DNA of 44,147 nt from the IMG/VR virus record IMGVR_UViG_3300031507_000015, positions 1 through 44,147 of that record. The stretch is one strand, 5' to 3'. Below, piece by piece: positions 1 to 9,042 of the stretch; the stretch's first letter is position 1, and every line of letters begins with the position of its first letter. The stretch is from a virus. The notes beneath the pieces were generated by a model. That model made no database searches. It had not been told where the DNA came from and worked only from the letters and a program-made list of their open reading frames with translations. The translations under genes and the position numbers were made by a program.

Positions 1-127
1 TGTTCCACAAACCGAAGTGTGATGAACGTAGTCAAATTGTTAACTTAAATCTGGGCATGATGCATTTAACCATCTTCGGAGTCCTAAGCTCTGTGGTGGC
101 CAGACCTGACCTAACCGTCTTTAGCGG
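1..127. repeat. Terminal direct repeat, left copy
   Basis: Identical base for base to 44021..44147. Confidence 0.97.
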
Positions 128-280
128 TTGGGTTGGGTCGCCTCTGTTCATCAAAACGAATTTGTGTCCTTCTATCACTCCATACTGTACAGATCCATGA
201 TCCTGTGGAAGTGGCAAGGGCACCAATGCTGCAGATGGCAATCACTGACGAAGCGTGCAAATCAAGCCATCCGATAAGAT

Positions 281-673
281 TCACCTCTTTATGATCCGAG
301 CCACGTTTTCGAACGTGCGTTTTCCGAAGTAAAATGAGATGACAAGGTTTGCGGTCACGGAAACCCATCCTACCAGCGGGTCCGTGGTCCCGAGGCCGAG
401 AACCTTATCCCATATCAGGAGCTTGAAGTAATAGACCAGCGTCACGTAGGCGAACAGCTTTTCGACCTCCCACGGATGGCCAATCTCCGCGATCTTCAAT
501 TGCGACTCGGCGAGGATTTCGGCCTGCTGCAAGCCTATTTCCTTTCCTGCCAATATTGCGGCAGTTTGGTTGTCTGTTGTGGTGGCCGTGAGATGCGCCT
601 GATAGGCCCCCACAAGAGCTTTGGCGATCGGACCACCTAGGAACTGGAATATCAGGCTTGCGAAGGCAAACAT
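281..673 (-). CDS. Holin-like membrane protein (resembles 3-TM holins of alphaproteobacterial GTA/phage lysis cassettes)
   Basis: 130 aa. Hydrophobic N-terminus plus TM stretches FAYVTLVYYFKLLIW and VGWVSVTANLVISFYF. ATG 673 shares one base with the upstream stop. Lies in the lysis cluster. Confidence 0.5.
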   Translation of the reverse strand: MFAFASLIFQFLGGPIAKALVGAYQAHLTATTTDNQTAAILAGKEIGLQQAEILAESQLKIAEIGHPWEVEKLFAYVTLVYYFKLLIWDKVLGLGTTDPLVGWVSVTANLVISFYFGKRTFENVARIIKR

Positions 674-954
674 CAGTCACCCGCCTTTGTCTGAGGCGTA
701 GCGGCTTCCTCGCCCTTAGATCCTACCGGCCCTGTGGTGACGTGACGCAACCATTCCGTGACCATTCCGATTGCTGCAACGATGATCGGGATGAACGGGG
801 TATATTTTGGAGGGATGAAAATGCCGATCTGATCCCCATTGACCAGTTGGAGAAGGGGAACTACCGCGCCGGCCAAAATGCCCATCAGAACGAGAAACCG
901 TGCAAAGATAATCGTCTTCCAGCCCTTGAGCTTTTGCGTGATGCTCGCAAACAT
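673..954 (-). CDS. Two-TM small membrane protein, holin/antiholin candidate
   Basis: 93 aa. TM stretches IIFARFLVLMGILAGAVVPLL and FIPIIVAAIGMV, with a charged C-tail. ATG 954 follows the upstream stop by 1 nt. Confidence 0.5.
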   Translation of the reverse strand: MFASITQKLKGWKTIIFARFLVLMGILAGAVVPLLQLVNGDQIGIFIPPKYTPFIPIIVAAIGMVTEWLRHVTTGPVGSKGEEAATPQTKAGD

Positions 955-955
955 C

Positions 956-1108
956 TCAGGACTTCCTTAGCGCGTCGGCCTGCGCATGAAGCTTTGCAGA
1001 AAGCGCATTGGCGCCGATCACCATTTTCTGTATGGTGCCTTTGAAAAACCAGATCAGGGCTCCGCCGCATCCGAAACCGAGAGTGAAGCTTAGCCAAAAT
1101 TCCGTCAT
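956..1108 (-). CDS. Small membrane protein (N-terminal TM plus helical tail), spanin or holin-accessory candidate
   Basis: 50 aa from ATG 1108, which lies 1 nt after the endolysin stop and has GGAAGGA upstream. The track ORF 956..1147 starts at an upstream TTG inside the endolysin gene. Confidence 0.45.
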   Translation of the reverse strand: MTEFWLSFTLGFGCGGALIWFFKGTIQKMVIGANALSAKLHAQADALRKS

Positions 1109-1109
1109 G

Positions 1110-1790
1110 TCATTTCCTTCCGAATAGTCGTTTGAAGATTGACGCAATGAAAGCGCCGATACTGCCCGGCGCGGGGTTGGTGATTGATGGAGATCCTGCA
1201 GGATGAATAGGCGGCATGATGACCGGATTTGAACCTCCTAGACGCACTGAGACATCCATGGTCGACATGGCCATGATGAGGCCAGCGCAGCCTAGCTGCT
1301 GATCAACAACCTTTGGATCAAAAACGCCATCCTTCACATATTTTCCGCTGCCGTATTGATCTGTTCCAGACCAGACGTAAGGCGATGGAAACCCGCGATT
1401 GGCGTAGCCTAGCCCGTTATATTCTTCCAATAGCGTCAACGTCCCGCCAGCGCTCCAATCCTTGTTCAAGGCAGCATGTGGAGAACAGTTGACCAGAGCG
1501 TCGAACGCGCCATCTTCCCAGGTTGAGAAAGGACCGCGACCGATCGGGACATGAACCGAGACATGCTCGAGCGGATCGCCCTGTCCAAGCTGGGTATTCC
1601 AGTTCTGTGAGGCTTCTCGTTCATGGATAACTGCGATCACAAACCACGGAACGCCTGTCTTGGACGAAACGGCGACATATCGAGCCTTTGCCGCTACCAA
1701 TCGCTTCGCTACCGCATTGAAGTCCCGCGTTGTTTTGGCATTAGCCCAGCGCTTGGCGTTCGCTGCCTTGAGCGCGATCAGATCGGTCAT
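1110..1790 (-). CDS. Endolysin, lysozyme-family protein of the type common in alphaproteobacterial phages
   Basis: 226 aa. Motifs VIHEREAS and LEEYNGLGY, as I recall from COG5526-type lysozyme-family proteins. Amphipathic C-tail IGAFIASIFKRLFGRK. Followed by three small TM ORFs. Confidence 0.6.
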   Translation of the reverse strand: MTDLIALKAANAKRWANAKTTRDFNAVAKRLVAAKARYVAVSSKTGVPWFVIAVIHEREASQNWNTQLGQGDPLEHVSVHVPIGRGPFSTWEDGAFDALVNCSPHAALNKDWSAGGTLTLLEEYNGLGYANRGFPSPYVWSGTDQYGSGKYVKDGVFDPKVVDQQLGCAGLIMAMSTMDVSVRLGGSNPVIMPPIHPAGSPSITNPAPGSIGAFIASIFKRLFGRK

Positions 1791-1964
1791 TGTAGCCTTG
1801 AGGTTGTGGTGTTATGATCGAGAGATCATGAACCGTTTATTTATTGTCCTGATAACTGCTGGTCTGCTTCTCATCGCCTTCGCCATTGCCCCGTTTGGCA
1901 TGCCAGCGAATACGATGAATGATACCATGACATTGGTCAGATAACCTAGTTACGCGGTGCGACT

Positions 1965-2954
1965 CTACACGATTCTTATGATGTAGTTCACGCCAATTGT
2001 TGGTTGAACGATGCTATGAGCTGCGCCGCCGCCAGTGCCACCGTCACTCGTGAAGGTATGTTGGTGAACTGCGCTTTCTGTGGTACTGGCAGGCGCTCCT
2101 GAACCGGTACCGATAGGAACCATAACGGCAATAGGTGATCCAGTATTTCCAGCCGTTCCTTGCTGAAATGCATGAGTGTGAGTAGCTGTTTCTTGGCTCG
2201 TCGTCCCATTATGCGTATGCGATGGGATTTCTGAAGCAGTCAGAGTGTGAGTAACCGCACCCTGAAATGTCCCTGGATTTAAACCGGCAAATCGACCTCC
2301 GCTAACACCGCCCATATTGTCTACGCCGGCCGGGACAGTGCCGCGAAGATCAATCACATTGAATGTTGTCGAGCCGTCGCCAGCTCCAAACGTCGTTCCT
2401 GCCAATGCAAACAATGTCGCATAAGTCGTGCGCGAGATTGCCTGACCATAAGGCAGAACGAATGCGCTATTTGGCGCAGTCGAGCCCATGTAAATCATTC
2501 CGCCACCAAGAGGAATATTATATGCATTAGTATTTCCACCTTGAAGGTAGAACACTGCATCGCTGTTGTTGTAGGTAACAACATATGGCGTTCCGAGAAT
2601 GAGCGATCCGGACGGAAGCTCAAGACTAGGAGAAGGACGGAGAGGTTTGGCACCAAGTCCATCCACATTCAGAGTTGTAGTGCCCGTATTCGTAGCGTGC
2701 GGCGTAAACGCGATCATCTGCCCATTCAAATGAGCGAGCGTATCGAACACCTGAAAACTGGTTACCGTGTAGGCTGTGGATGTTCCTCCAGTTACGATCG
2801 CGCCAGCAATATCGTCGCGATATTTCGCCGTGGCTGCCATCATGGCGCGAGCAGAGTCGTTCACAGAGGATGGTGCCTGTCCTTCAGCCCAATTGATCGT
2901 TGAATCCGCAGTCGCGTCAGAGGCAGCCGTTTGGGACCATTTATAGAGCGTCAT
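1965..2954 (-). CDS. Tail fibre with phage tail-collar domain
   Basis: 329 aa. Collar-type signature PYGQAISRTTYATLFALAGTTFGAGDGSTTFNVIDLRG. C-terminal HxH repeats (HTHNG, HTHAF, HQHTF). Confidence 0.8.
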   Translation of the reverse strand: MTLYKWSQTAASDATADSTINWAEGQAPSSVNDSARAMMAATAKYRDDIAGAIVTGGTSTAYTVTSFQVFDTLAHLNGQMIAFTPHATNTGTTTLNVDGLGAKPLRPSPSLELPSGSLILGTPYVVTYNNSDAVFYLQGGNTNAYNIPLGGGMIYMGSTAPNSAFVLPYGQAISRTTYATLFALAGTTFGAGDGSTTFNVIDLRGTVPAGVDNMGGVSGGRFAGLNPGTFQGAVTHTLTASEIPSHTHNGTTSQETATHTHAFQQGTAGNTGSPIAVMVPIGTGSGAPASTTESAVHQHTFTSDGGTGGGAAHSIVQPTIGVNYIIRIV

Positions 2955-2957
2955 CGG

Positions 2958-3629
2958 CTATCCTCTGTAGAATTGCGGCGGCTGGAATGCCGCGCGGAGC
3001 TTCGATAGATCGACCGGCCGGCGCGGGCTGGCGAAGATCGGGTTCAAAGGCTGTTGCGGCGTATCGGGGACATAAGCCGGCGCGCTGGCATATTGCTGCT
3101 GAGGCTGTGGGGCGGCCTGTGGTGCCTGCGCGAAGATAGGAGCTGACTGTGCTTGCGGGGCGATCATGGCGGGCTGTGAGGCTGCTGGAGCCGCCTGCGG
3201 ATATTGCGAGAACCAAGCCGCCTCTTTCGCTCGCCGCGCAACCAAGCCGGGGTTAACTTCACCGCCAGCCTTATTGTATTGCTGCATGCGAGCTGCAGCG
3301 CCTTCTAGATCTCCCTTGCGAACGAGATCACCCAGCCCTGATTGTGACCAGCCGGGGCCGGCGTTATAGGTCAGGGAGGTGAGAGCAGCCCGAGGCCCCG
3401 GAGGAAGATTAGGATTGACCGAATCGACATGCGCGGCGGCTTGGGCTAGTTCGTCTTGAAATCGCTGCTCATAAACATTTTTTAGCTGATCAGGCGGGAT
3501 ATTCTCGTCGCCGGGCTGGGCTTTCGTTCCATAGCCTGAGCTATATTGCTTATAATCCCATGATGCGGTTGGAGCGTATCCTTCGATCGATTTGATTGCG
3601 TCGATATATTGAGGATCAAGAACGGCCAT
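2958..3629 (-). CDS. Virion-associated lysozyme (T4-lysozyme/GH24-like N-domain plus Pro/Gln/Ala-rich tail)
   Basis: IDAIKSIEGY...GYGT...LTSLTYNAG pattern of GH24 phage lysozymes. ATG 3629 is preferred over the TTG at 3650. Last gene of the ejection-protein block. Confidence 0.65.
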   Translation of the reverse strand: MAVLDPQYIDAIKSIEGYAPTASWDYKQYSSGYGTKAQPGDENIPPDQLKNVYEQRFQDELAQAAAHVDSVNPNLPPGPRAALTSLTYNAGPGWSQSGLGDLVRKGDLEGAAARMQQYNKAGGEVNPGLVARRAKEAAWFSQYPQAAPAASQPAMIAPQAQSAPIFAQAPQAAPQPQQQYASAPAYVPDTPQQPLNPIFASPRRPVDLSKLRAAFQPPQFYRG

Positions 3630-3767
3630 GGATTTTGACCTTCTCCCCAAGGAATGGAAGTCCGACCGACCGAAGCCCCGCGAGCCAATATTCGGCAGCG
3701 GAGCTCCTGGAGCTCTGGCTTATGCAATTGGATGGCTGGCGACCTTCGCCGCGATCTATTGGGCTCT

Positions 3768-5816
3768 TCATTGACGGCGCTGTCCGCCCTCGATCGCTAG
3801 GCCGCCTGCTGCTCCTCGACCGAGATTGCGAGCAATGTTCTGCACGAACTGAATCCGCGCAACGGTATTCTGCACCATATCTCGGAGCTGGCCAGGGGCC
3901 ATATTCGAGCCATTGCGCAGGAGGACGTTAGCGATCTGCTGGCGCACCTGCGGCGTGTTTCCAGTCAGGGCATTATGACCAGCCGCGAGAACGCTGCGGA
4001 TAGCTCCATGAACGTTGCCAGTCAGGACTTGACCGATTAGGTGCGGACTGACGCCCATGGCGGTATCATGCGCGAGGTTCTTGGCTGTGGGCGATCCACC
4101 TAACGCCGTATTTCGCGTTTCGAACATTGTCTGTTCGCGGCCGATTCGGCGCTGCATGAGCGGAAATGCTGGTTGCACATTCATTCCGGGTACAACACGG
4201 CCGTTTACAAGCTGTCCTCTTGGGGACATGGCCTGCGCTTCAGTCTGGAATGCATCGTTCAACAGAGGTCGCGCCTTGTTCACGCCAAAAGCCGCCCCTT
4301 GAGTCTGGGCGATCAGAGGGTCCACATAGCCGGCCCGGAACGCCTGCTGGCCCTGCGGTTGGAGCGCCTGAAAAGCCGTAATGGTATCTTCGGTGCGGCC
4401 GCGTGTTGCCGCTTGTCGTCCAGCTTGGATGGCATCGATATTGCGTGAAGCCTGCGCAAAATTGGCGTTTGCCTGCCGATAGCCGGGACTAGCCGCCTCC
4501 ATGGCCGTATCGAGCTGACGCACCGCACCGCCGATCAGCCGGGCCCGGTTACCCTGGCCGCCACGGCGCGCCGCTTCTGCTGCATCCGCCATATCTCCGC
4601 GAATCCGCTGCACAGCCTCGAAATCATCTGGGTTGACCCGCGCCAGACGCTGGCGGAAGGGCGTCAAAGCAGCTTCGATACTATCGTTTGCCGGGGTCAC
4701 AACCTGTCCCGGCTGGGTTCCGATAATTCGATCCAGATGATTGATCGGGCCAACCAGATCGACAGGTGCTGATCCAGTTCGCACCGCGCCATATTCGGTA
4801 TCCGCCGCAGCCCCGCGCGCCGCTGTCATCTGGGCTTCGGTCTGGGCGGCCGTTTCCGGGGCATTAAAGCCTTCAGCAAGCGCGTTGGAGATCCGACGTC
4901 CTTGCGTGCCCTGTCGGCCTTCCAGCGCATTGACGACCGCTGTACGTCCAGGACCGGCCCCTCTAGCCGCAGCACCAAGCATCTCCTGTCCAGCATTTCC
5001 CATGGCATCGGCGATATTGAAGACGCCTTGACCCTCGCGGGCTGCCTGTTGGACCGAGGCGTCAAGCGCAGCCGGGTTCTGTCCGCTTTCGCTGATTGCT
5101 CGGGCAATCTGGGAATTGGCATAGCCCTCCGGATTGATCCGGGCCCGGATATTGGAAATCACCGGTGAGGCCACCGCACCGGCCGCCGCGCCTGCCAAGG
5201 GTAATGCCCCGCCCAAGGCCGCACCGGTGAGCGCGCCCTTGACGGCGTTGGTGCCCCGCTCTGCTAGGCCATTACCTTCCATTGCCCCGGAGAACCCGCC
5301 CAGCGCGCCAGCATCGGCCGCGCCGGCCAAAGCCCGCCTGATCACATTGGCGTTCGGGGCCAGAAACCGACTAGCAGTTACGCCGCCAGCCGCCAGCCCC
5401 GCGCCGCTTACGCCTCCCCCGAGCACCTCTGCTGCGGTCCCGAGCGCACCGGTGTTCTCCCGGGCCTTGTTCATAATCAGGTCTTCGCGGGCTTTGGCGT
5501 AGTTATAGCCTTCGGACGGGCTGAACGTGCCCTGTCGGATCATTTCCAAGGGAGTTTCAAGCCCGGCCAGAATGGTACTATCGGCCCCAAGGGTCGCGCC
5601 ATGGGCGAGCCGCCGCGTGTAGCCGGCGCCGGTGTCGCCTCCCGCCGCTTTGAGCTGGGCCTGTTCGTCTAGCGCGGCTTGCTGGTATTTGTCGGGAGGC
5701 GGTGCGGCGGGTGCTCCCTGAAAATGCTGCATCATCACGCCGTTGATGGTGGCATGGTCTGTCCCATCAGGAAAATCGACGGTCGCACCGTTCGGAGCAG
5801 TAACGGTGATGGTCAT
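3768..5816 (-). CDS. Large internal virion / ejection protein (Gly/Ala-rich)
   Basis: 682 aa. Long glycine-zipper-like hydrophobic runs. ATGA overlap with the upstream gene. Position matches podoviral ejection proteins. Confidence 0.45.
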   Translation of the reverse strand: MTITVTAPNGATVDFPDGTDHATINGVMMQHFQGAPAAPPPDKYQQAALDEQAQLKAAGGDTGAGYTRRLAHGATLGADSTILAGLETPLEMIRQGTFSPSEGYNYAKAREDLIMNKARENTGALGTAAEVLGGGVSGAGLAAGGVTASRFLAPNANVIRRALAGAADAGALGGFSGAMEGNGLAERGTNAVKGALTGAALGGALPLAGAAAGAVASPVISNIRARINPEGYANSQIARAISESGQNPAALDASVQQAAREGQGVFNIADAMGNAGQEMLGAAARGAGPGRTAVVNALEGRQGTQGRRISNALAEGFNAPETAAQTEAQMTAARGAAADTEYGAVRTGSAPVDLVGPINHLDRIIGTQPGQVVTPANDSIEAALTPFRQRLARVNPDDFEAVQRIRGDMADAAEAARRGGQGNRARLIGGAVRQLDTAMEAASPGYRQANANFAQASRNIDAIQAGRQAATRGRTEDTITAFQALQPQGQQAFRAGYVDPLIAQTQGAAFGVNKARPLLNDAFQTEAQAMSPRGQLVNGRVVPGMNVQPAFPLMQRRIGREQTMFETRNTALGGSPTAKNLAHDTAMGVSPHLIGQVLTGNVHGAIRSVLAAGHNALTGNTPQVRQQIANVLLRNGSNMAPGQLRDMVQNTVARIQFVQNIARNLGRGAAGGLAIEGGQRRQ

Positions 5817-7444
5817 TTAGGTTTTACCCCGCCATCAGGCGACCAAACATAGGCGCCTGGCGCAGGAGCGCCGGCCTGGACTGAAGTGTTAGAAGATTGT
5901 CCGCCACGCAGCCGCGAGACATTGGCCTCGACCTTGGCCAGCGCGGCCTGTCCGTCCGGTCTCAGAACCGGGTATTGCTTCGCTCCTTCCTCGCCAAGAA
6001 CGCCACTGATCTGGCCGCCGAGGGCATCCAGTCGGGAGCGCATCAGTTCGCCTTCCGTCGCCAGAATAGCCGCCAGTTCCTTCGGGCTGCGAGCTCCATT
6101 GACGCTCTCGATGAAGCGATCGCGCTCGGCCGTGCCGCCTGGTGAACCCGCATAGAATTTCGTGATTTCCTGCCCGTAGTGCTGTGCGGCGCCTTTCAGG
6201 GCTTCCATTTTGGCGGCCTGCTCAGTGCCAAGGCCGCGCGCAGCGTTGACGAGCGAGGTCAAGGGAGCAATGCCAGTATCCCAATTGCCGAGATCGAGCG
6301 CTTTTTGGCTCAAATCAGCCAAATGGCCGGCCGCCGTATTGCCGATATTGATCTGTCCGCCAAGGGATGCCGGCGCGCTCGAACTGAGCTGATTGCGCAT
6401 GGTCTTGCGCGCGGCGAATGTAGCATCGTCGACCTGCTGCCCAGTATCGGCGCCGTATTTCTGCGCGATCATCTTCACGGTTTGCGTGAAGCCCTTACGC
6501 GGATTTCCAGTTGGTGTTGATTTGCCTTGGACATAATTATCCACAGCCGCCTGAATTTCCGGGGAAAATTGCTTGAGATAGTCCTGACCTGTCAGGCTGC
6601 TGTCGATCGATTTGACGCCAGGTGCGAGGAAGCCACCGCTTGCAGGCGATCCGCCGGTCTCGCCCGGTCCGATCGGACGGCCATTGATGGTCTGATCGCG
6701 CTCGTTTACGAAACCGTAATTCTCATTCCCGAAGGCGTCGACGCCTGTTTTCTGGTATTTTTCCTTGTTCGTCAGCGCTTCACTTACCAGTGTTTTTGCA
6801 GCTTCAGGATTGAGCACGGCAAGCATGGCGTTCTGCGGCGTCATGCCAGACCCGATGAAAGCCTGATATTGGGCCTGCTGGTTCTGCCGCATAATATCCT
6901 GCGGCGAACCCTGCCCCATGCCGAAGCCACCGGCGAGCGCGCCTGCGATCAAGCCAAGCGGACCACCTTGCAGATTGGCCATGGCACCACGGAGCGCACC
7001 ACCGAAGCCGCTCGCACTCGGCGGCTGCATGAATGCGGCTTGGACGGCAGGAGGCGTAGACGTTCCCTGTGTTGGCTGAGCGGCTGGAGGGGTATCGACC
7101 TGTTGCGACTGGTAGAGGTCGGGATTTCCCACGCGCGGCATCTGATAACCGCCGACTGCGATCGGCGAGGCGCGCTCAGGCTGGGGAGCGGCCTGCGGCG
7201 GCACAATGCTTGCTGGAGGCGTTGGTGCGCCAGGCACAGGATCAGGCAAGCCGGGCTGATAGCCGGGGCGAGACAACAGGCTCATCATCTGCTGTTCAAC
7301 AGGATTCAGCGGCTTTTGATCCGGCTGGTTGGCAAAAACTGGTCCAAATCCCTGCGATTGCGGATTCTGATATTGCCAGTCACGGGGCAAGCCACCGAGG
7401 AGCCCTCCGCTGCTATCGGAGAACAATGCGTCCAACAGGCCCAT
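5813..7444 (-). CDS. Internal virion / ejection protein
   Basis: 543 aa. Pro/Gln-rich N-half. GAGGA 5 nt upstream of ATG 7444. Assigned by position only. Confidence 0.4.
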   Translation of the reverse strand: MGLLDALFSDSSGGLLGGLPRDWQYQNPQSQGFGPVFANQPDQKPLNPVEQQMMSLLSRPGYQPGLPDPVPGAPTPPASIVPPQAAPQPERASPIAVGGYQMPRVGNPDLYQSQQVDTPPAAQPTQGTSTPPAVQAAFMQPPSASGFGGALRGAMANLQGGPLGLIAGALAGGFGMGQGSPQDIMRQNQQAQYQAFIGSGMTPQNAMLAVLNPEAAKTLVSEALTNKEKYQKTGVDAFGNENYGFVNERDQTINGRPIGPGETGGSPASGGFLAPGVKSIDSSLTGQDYLKQFSPEIQAAVDNYVQGKSTPTGNPRKGFTQTVKMIAQKYGADTGQQVDDATFAARKTMRNQLSSSAPASLGGQINIGNTAAGHLADLSQKALDLGNWDTGIAPLTSLVNAARGLGTEQAAKMEALKGAAQHYGQEITKFYAGSPGGTAERDRFIESVNGARSPKELAAILATEGELMRSRLDALGGQISGVLGEEGAKQYPVLRPDGQAALAKVEANVSRLRGGQSSNTSVQAGAPAPGAYVWSPDGGVKPK

Positions 7445-7452
7445 TTCGATCC

Positions 7453-8322
7453 TCAGAAGTTAAACGTCATGGGAGCCTTGGGAATGAGCGAGCCGATACC
7501 GCCCGTGATCTTGGCGAACTGATCGGCTCCGCTCATCTGCTGGGTGCCCTGAGACTGACCGGTGGACTGTGAACCTAGCCCAGCAATCGGGATTCCGATC
7601 TGGGCAAGCAATCCAAGAGCCTGCACAGGGATCCCTCGTCGCGCCGCTTCAGCCTGTAATATGGCGTTTGCCGGCGCATTGGCGGCATCCGTAGCCGCAC
7701 CTGCTGCAGTCACGCCCTGCCCTCGATTTGCCAGAGCTTGTTGGCTCATCCCGGTTTGAAGGCCGGCAGTCGTATTACCAGCCTGATAGAGATTGCCGGC
7801 TGCGCCCTGTTGGTTCTGGACGTTCTGATTATATTGCGCTGCGATAGTTGGAGCCACACCTTGCAGGATGCCACGACCAAGCGTTTGGGAGTTCATTCCT
7901 GAGAAATCCCGACCGGCGGCTGCGAACTGGCCGTTCGTGCTGTTGGTGATATCACCGATCGTCGTGTTCAGCGCATCACTGAAGCCCGGCGTGCTCATCG
8001 GATTGTAGTTTGTATTCGAGGCCAGCGGATTTGTCTGGTCGACATAGCGCTGATAGTTGGCATTGACGTTGCCGGATTGATCCGTAGCACCGCCGCCTCC
8101 AAATAGATCGGTCGCATATTGCTTGATCTGAGGAGCGAATTGGCCAGATTGTCCGGCGTTCTGCTCGAGCGTATTGATCGCGCCGTTTTCCTGCCCGGTC
8201 AGGCCCGTGTTGTTCAAGCCCGTGCTGATCTGGCCCAGGATACCCTGCAAGGCAGGCTGCGCGGCGGTCCACGGCTGCGTAGTGCTGTTCTGGGTCTGCT
8301 GACTGCTGCTCTGTCCGCCCAT
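7453..8322 (-). CDS. Gln/Asn/Gly-rich virion protein (ejection or tail-associated)
   Basis: 289 aa of low-complexity Q/N/G/T-rich sequence. One-base stop/start overlap at 8322. Confidence 0.4.
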   Translation of the reverse strand: MGGQSSSQQTQNSTTQPWTAAQPALQGILGQISTGLNNTGLTGQENGAINTLEQNAGQSGQFAPQIKQYATDLFGGGGATDQSGNVNANYQRYVDQTNPLASNTNYNPMSTPGFSDALNTTIGDITNSTNGQFAAAGRDFSGMNSQTLGRGILQGVAPTIAAQYNQNVQNQQGAAGNLYQAGNTTAGLQTGMSQQALANRGQGVTAAGAATDAANAPANAILQAEAARRGIPVQALGLLAQIGIPIAGLGSQSTGQSQGTQQMSGADQFAKITGGIGSLIPKAPMTFNF

Positions 8323-8735
8323 CAGGCTAACTCCTTCTCTAAAACCACATGCTCGACGTGATAACCGTCAAGCACGCGATGCCAGCCTTTCCGGCCAAAT
8401 ATTCTCATGACTGCGCAACCTTCATCTTTTGCAAAAGCTTCAAGCCTCTGCAGAAGTGGCAACCAATTGGCTCTGTGATGACCGGCGCAGGCTGTCAGGA
8501 CGCAAACCTTGTCGCCATTAGTCAGCGTCAGATGCGTGGTTGCGGCGGCTTCAATCGACTTATTGACGATCGCCAACCAGAGCAGTTGCCTGCCAGCGAG
8601 GACTTCACCCTCGAACTCGGCAAAATCACTCAGTCCAGTTTGATCAATCGCAGATTTGATCAGATGTCGTGCATGCGGCCAGACGTCAGCTATTCGCGCT
8701 GGATCGACGCAAGCGAGACTAGCCGAGTATGGCAT
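8322..8735 (-). CDS. GNAT-like acetyltransferase candidate
   Basis: 137 aa from ATG 8735 (the track start 8792 overlaps the upstream gene by 74 nt). The C-half VCVLTACAGHHRANWLPLLQRLEAFAKDEGCAVMRIFGRKGW resembles a GNAT core. Weak. Confidence 0.35.
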   Translation of the reverse strand: MPYSASLACVDPARIADVWPHARHLIKSAIDQTGLSDFAEFEGEVLAGRQLLWLAIVNKSIEAAATTHLTLTNGDKVCVLTACAGHHRANWLPLLQRLEAFAKDEGCAVMRIFGRKGWHRVLDGYHVEHVVLEKELA

Positions 8736-9042
8736 ACAAAAACGTGCGCCCAGTCGTTGCACTAACGGTATGGGTGATCGTGAAGCTTCCATTGGCTACC
8801 GTCGACACGTACCAACTTCCAGAGCCAAACTCAGTCCCGGCATTCGCCGTGATTGGCGTCAGAATTGGCTGTGAGCCCGTCGCGATCGTTCCTGTTTGCG
8901 TCGGAGTGACGACCGTGGTTGCCGATCCAGTAGCCAGCGTCACCGTTCCAGTTGCGTTCGATCGACCGGCAGCGAGTTGTTGAAGCGATAGAATGATCTT
9001 CTTGAGATCGGTTTCCGTGATGCCTGGAACGTAGGCTGTCAT
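8719..9042 (-). CDS. Hypothetical virion-module protein
   Basis: 107 aa, Thr/Gly-rich. TAATG overlap with the upstream gene at 9042. Confidence 0.5.
   Translation of the reverse strand: MTAYVPGITETDLKKIILSLQQLAAGRSNATGTVTLATGSATTVVTPTQTGTIATGSQPILTPITANAGTEFGSGSWYVSTVANGSFTITHTVSATTGRTFLYAILG

Noticed and set aside
32-368. 69-aa (32..241) and 85-aa (111..368) minus-strand ORFs between the holin-like gene and the peptidase gene
   Set aside because: The first starts at TTG. Neither has a recognisable RBS, a motif or convincing composition. The 245-nt AT-richer stretch may be non-coding, so this is left unresolved.
6537-6545. Perfect TTATCCACA DnaA box
   Set aside because: It is a single occurrence inside a structural gene. 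A given 9-mer is expected about 0.3 times by chance on both strands of 44 kb, so it is not evidence for an origin.
6527-7572. 331-aa and 167-aa plus-strand ORFs
   Set aside because: They lie entirely within the minus-strand ejection-protein genes. They are Arg-rich shadow frames.
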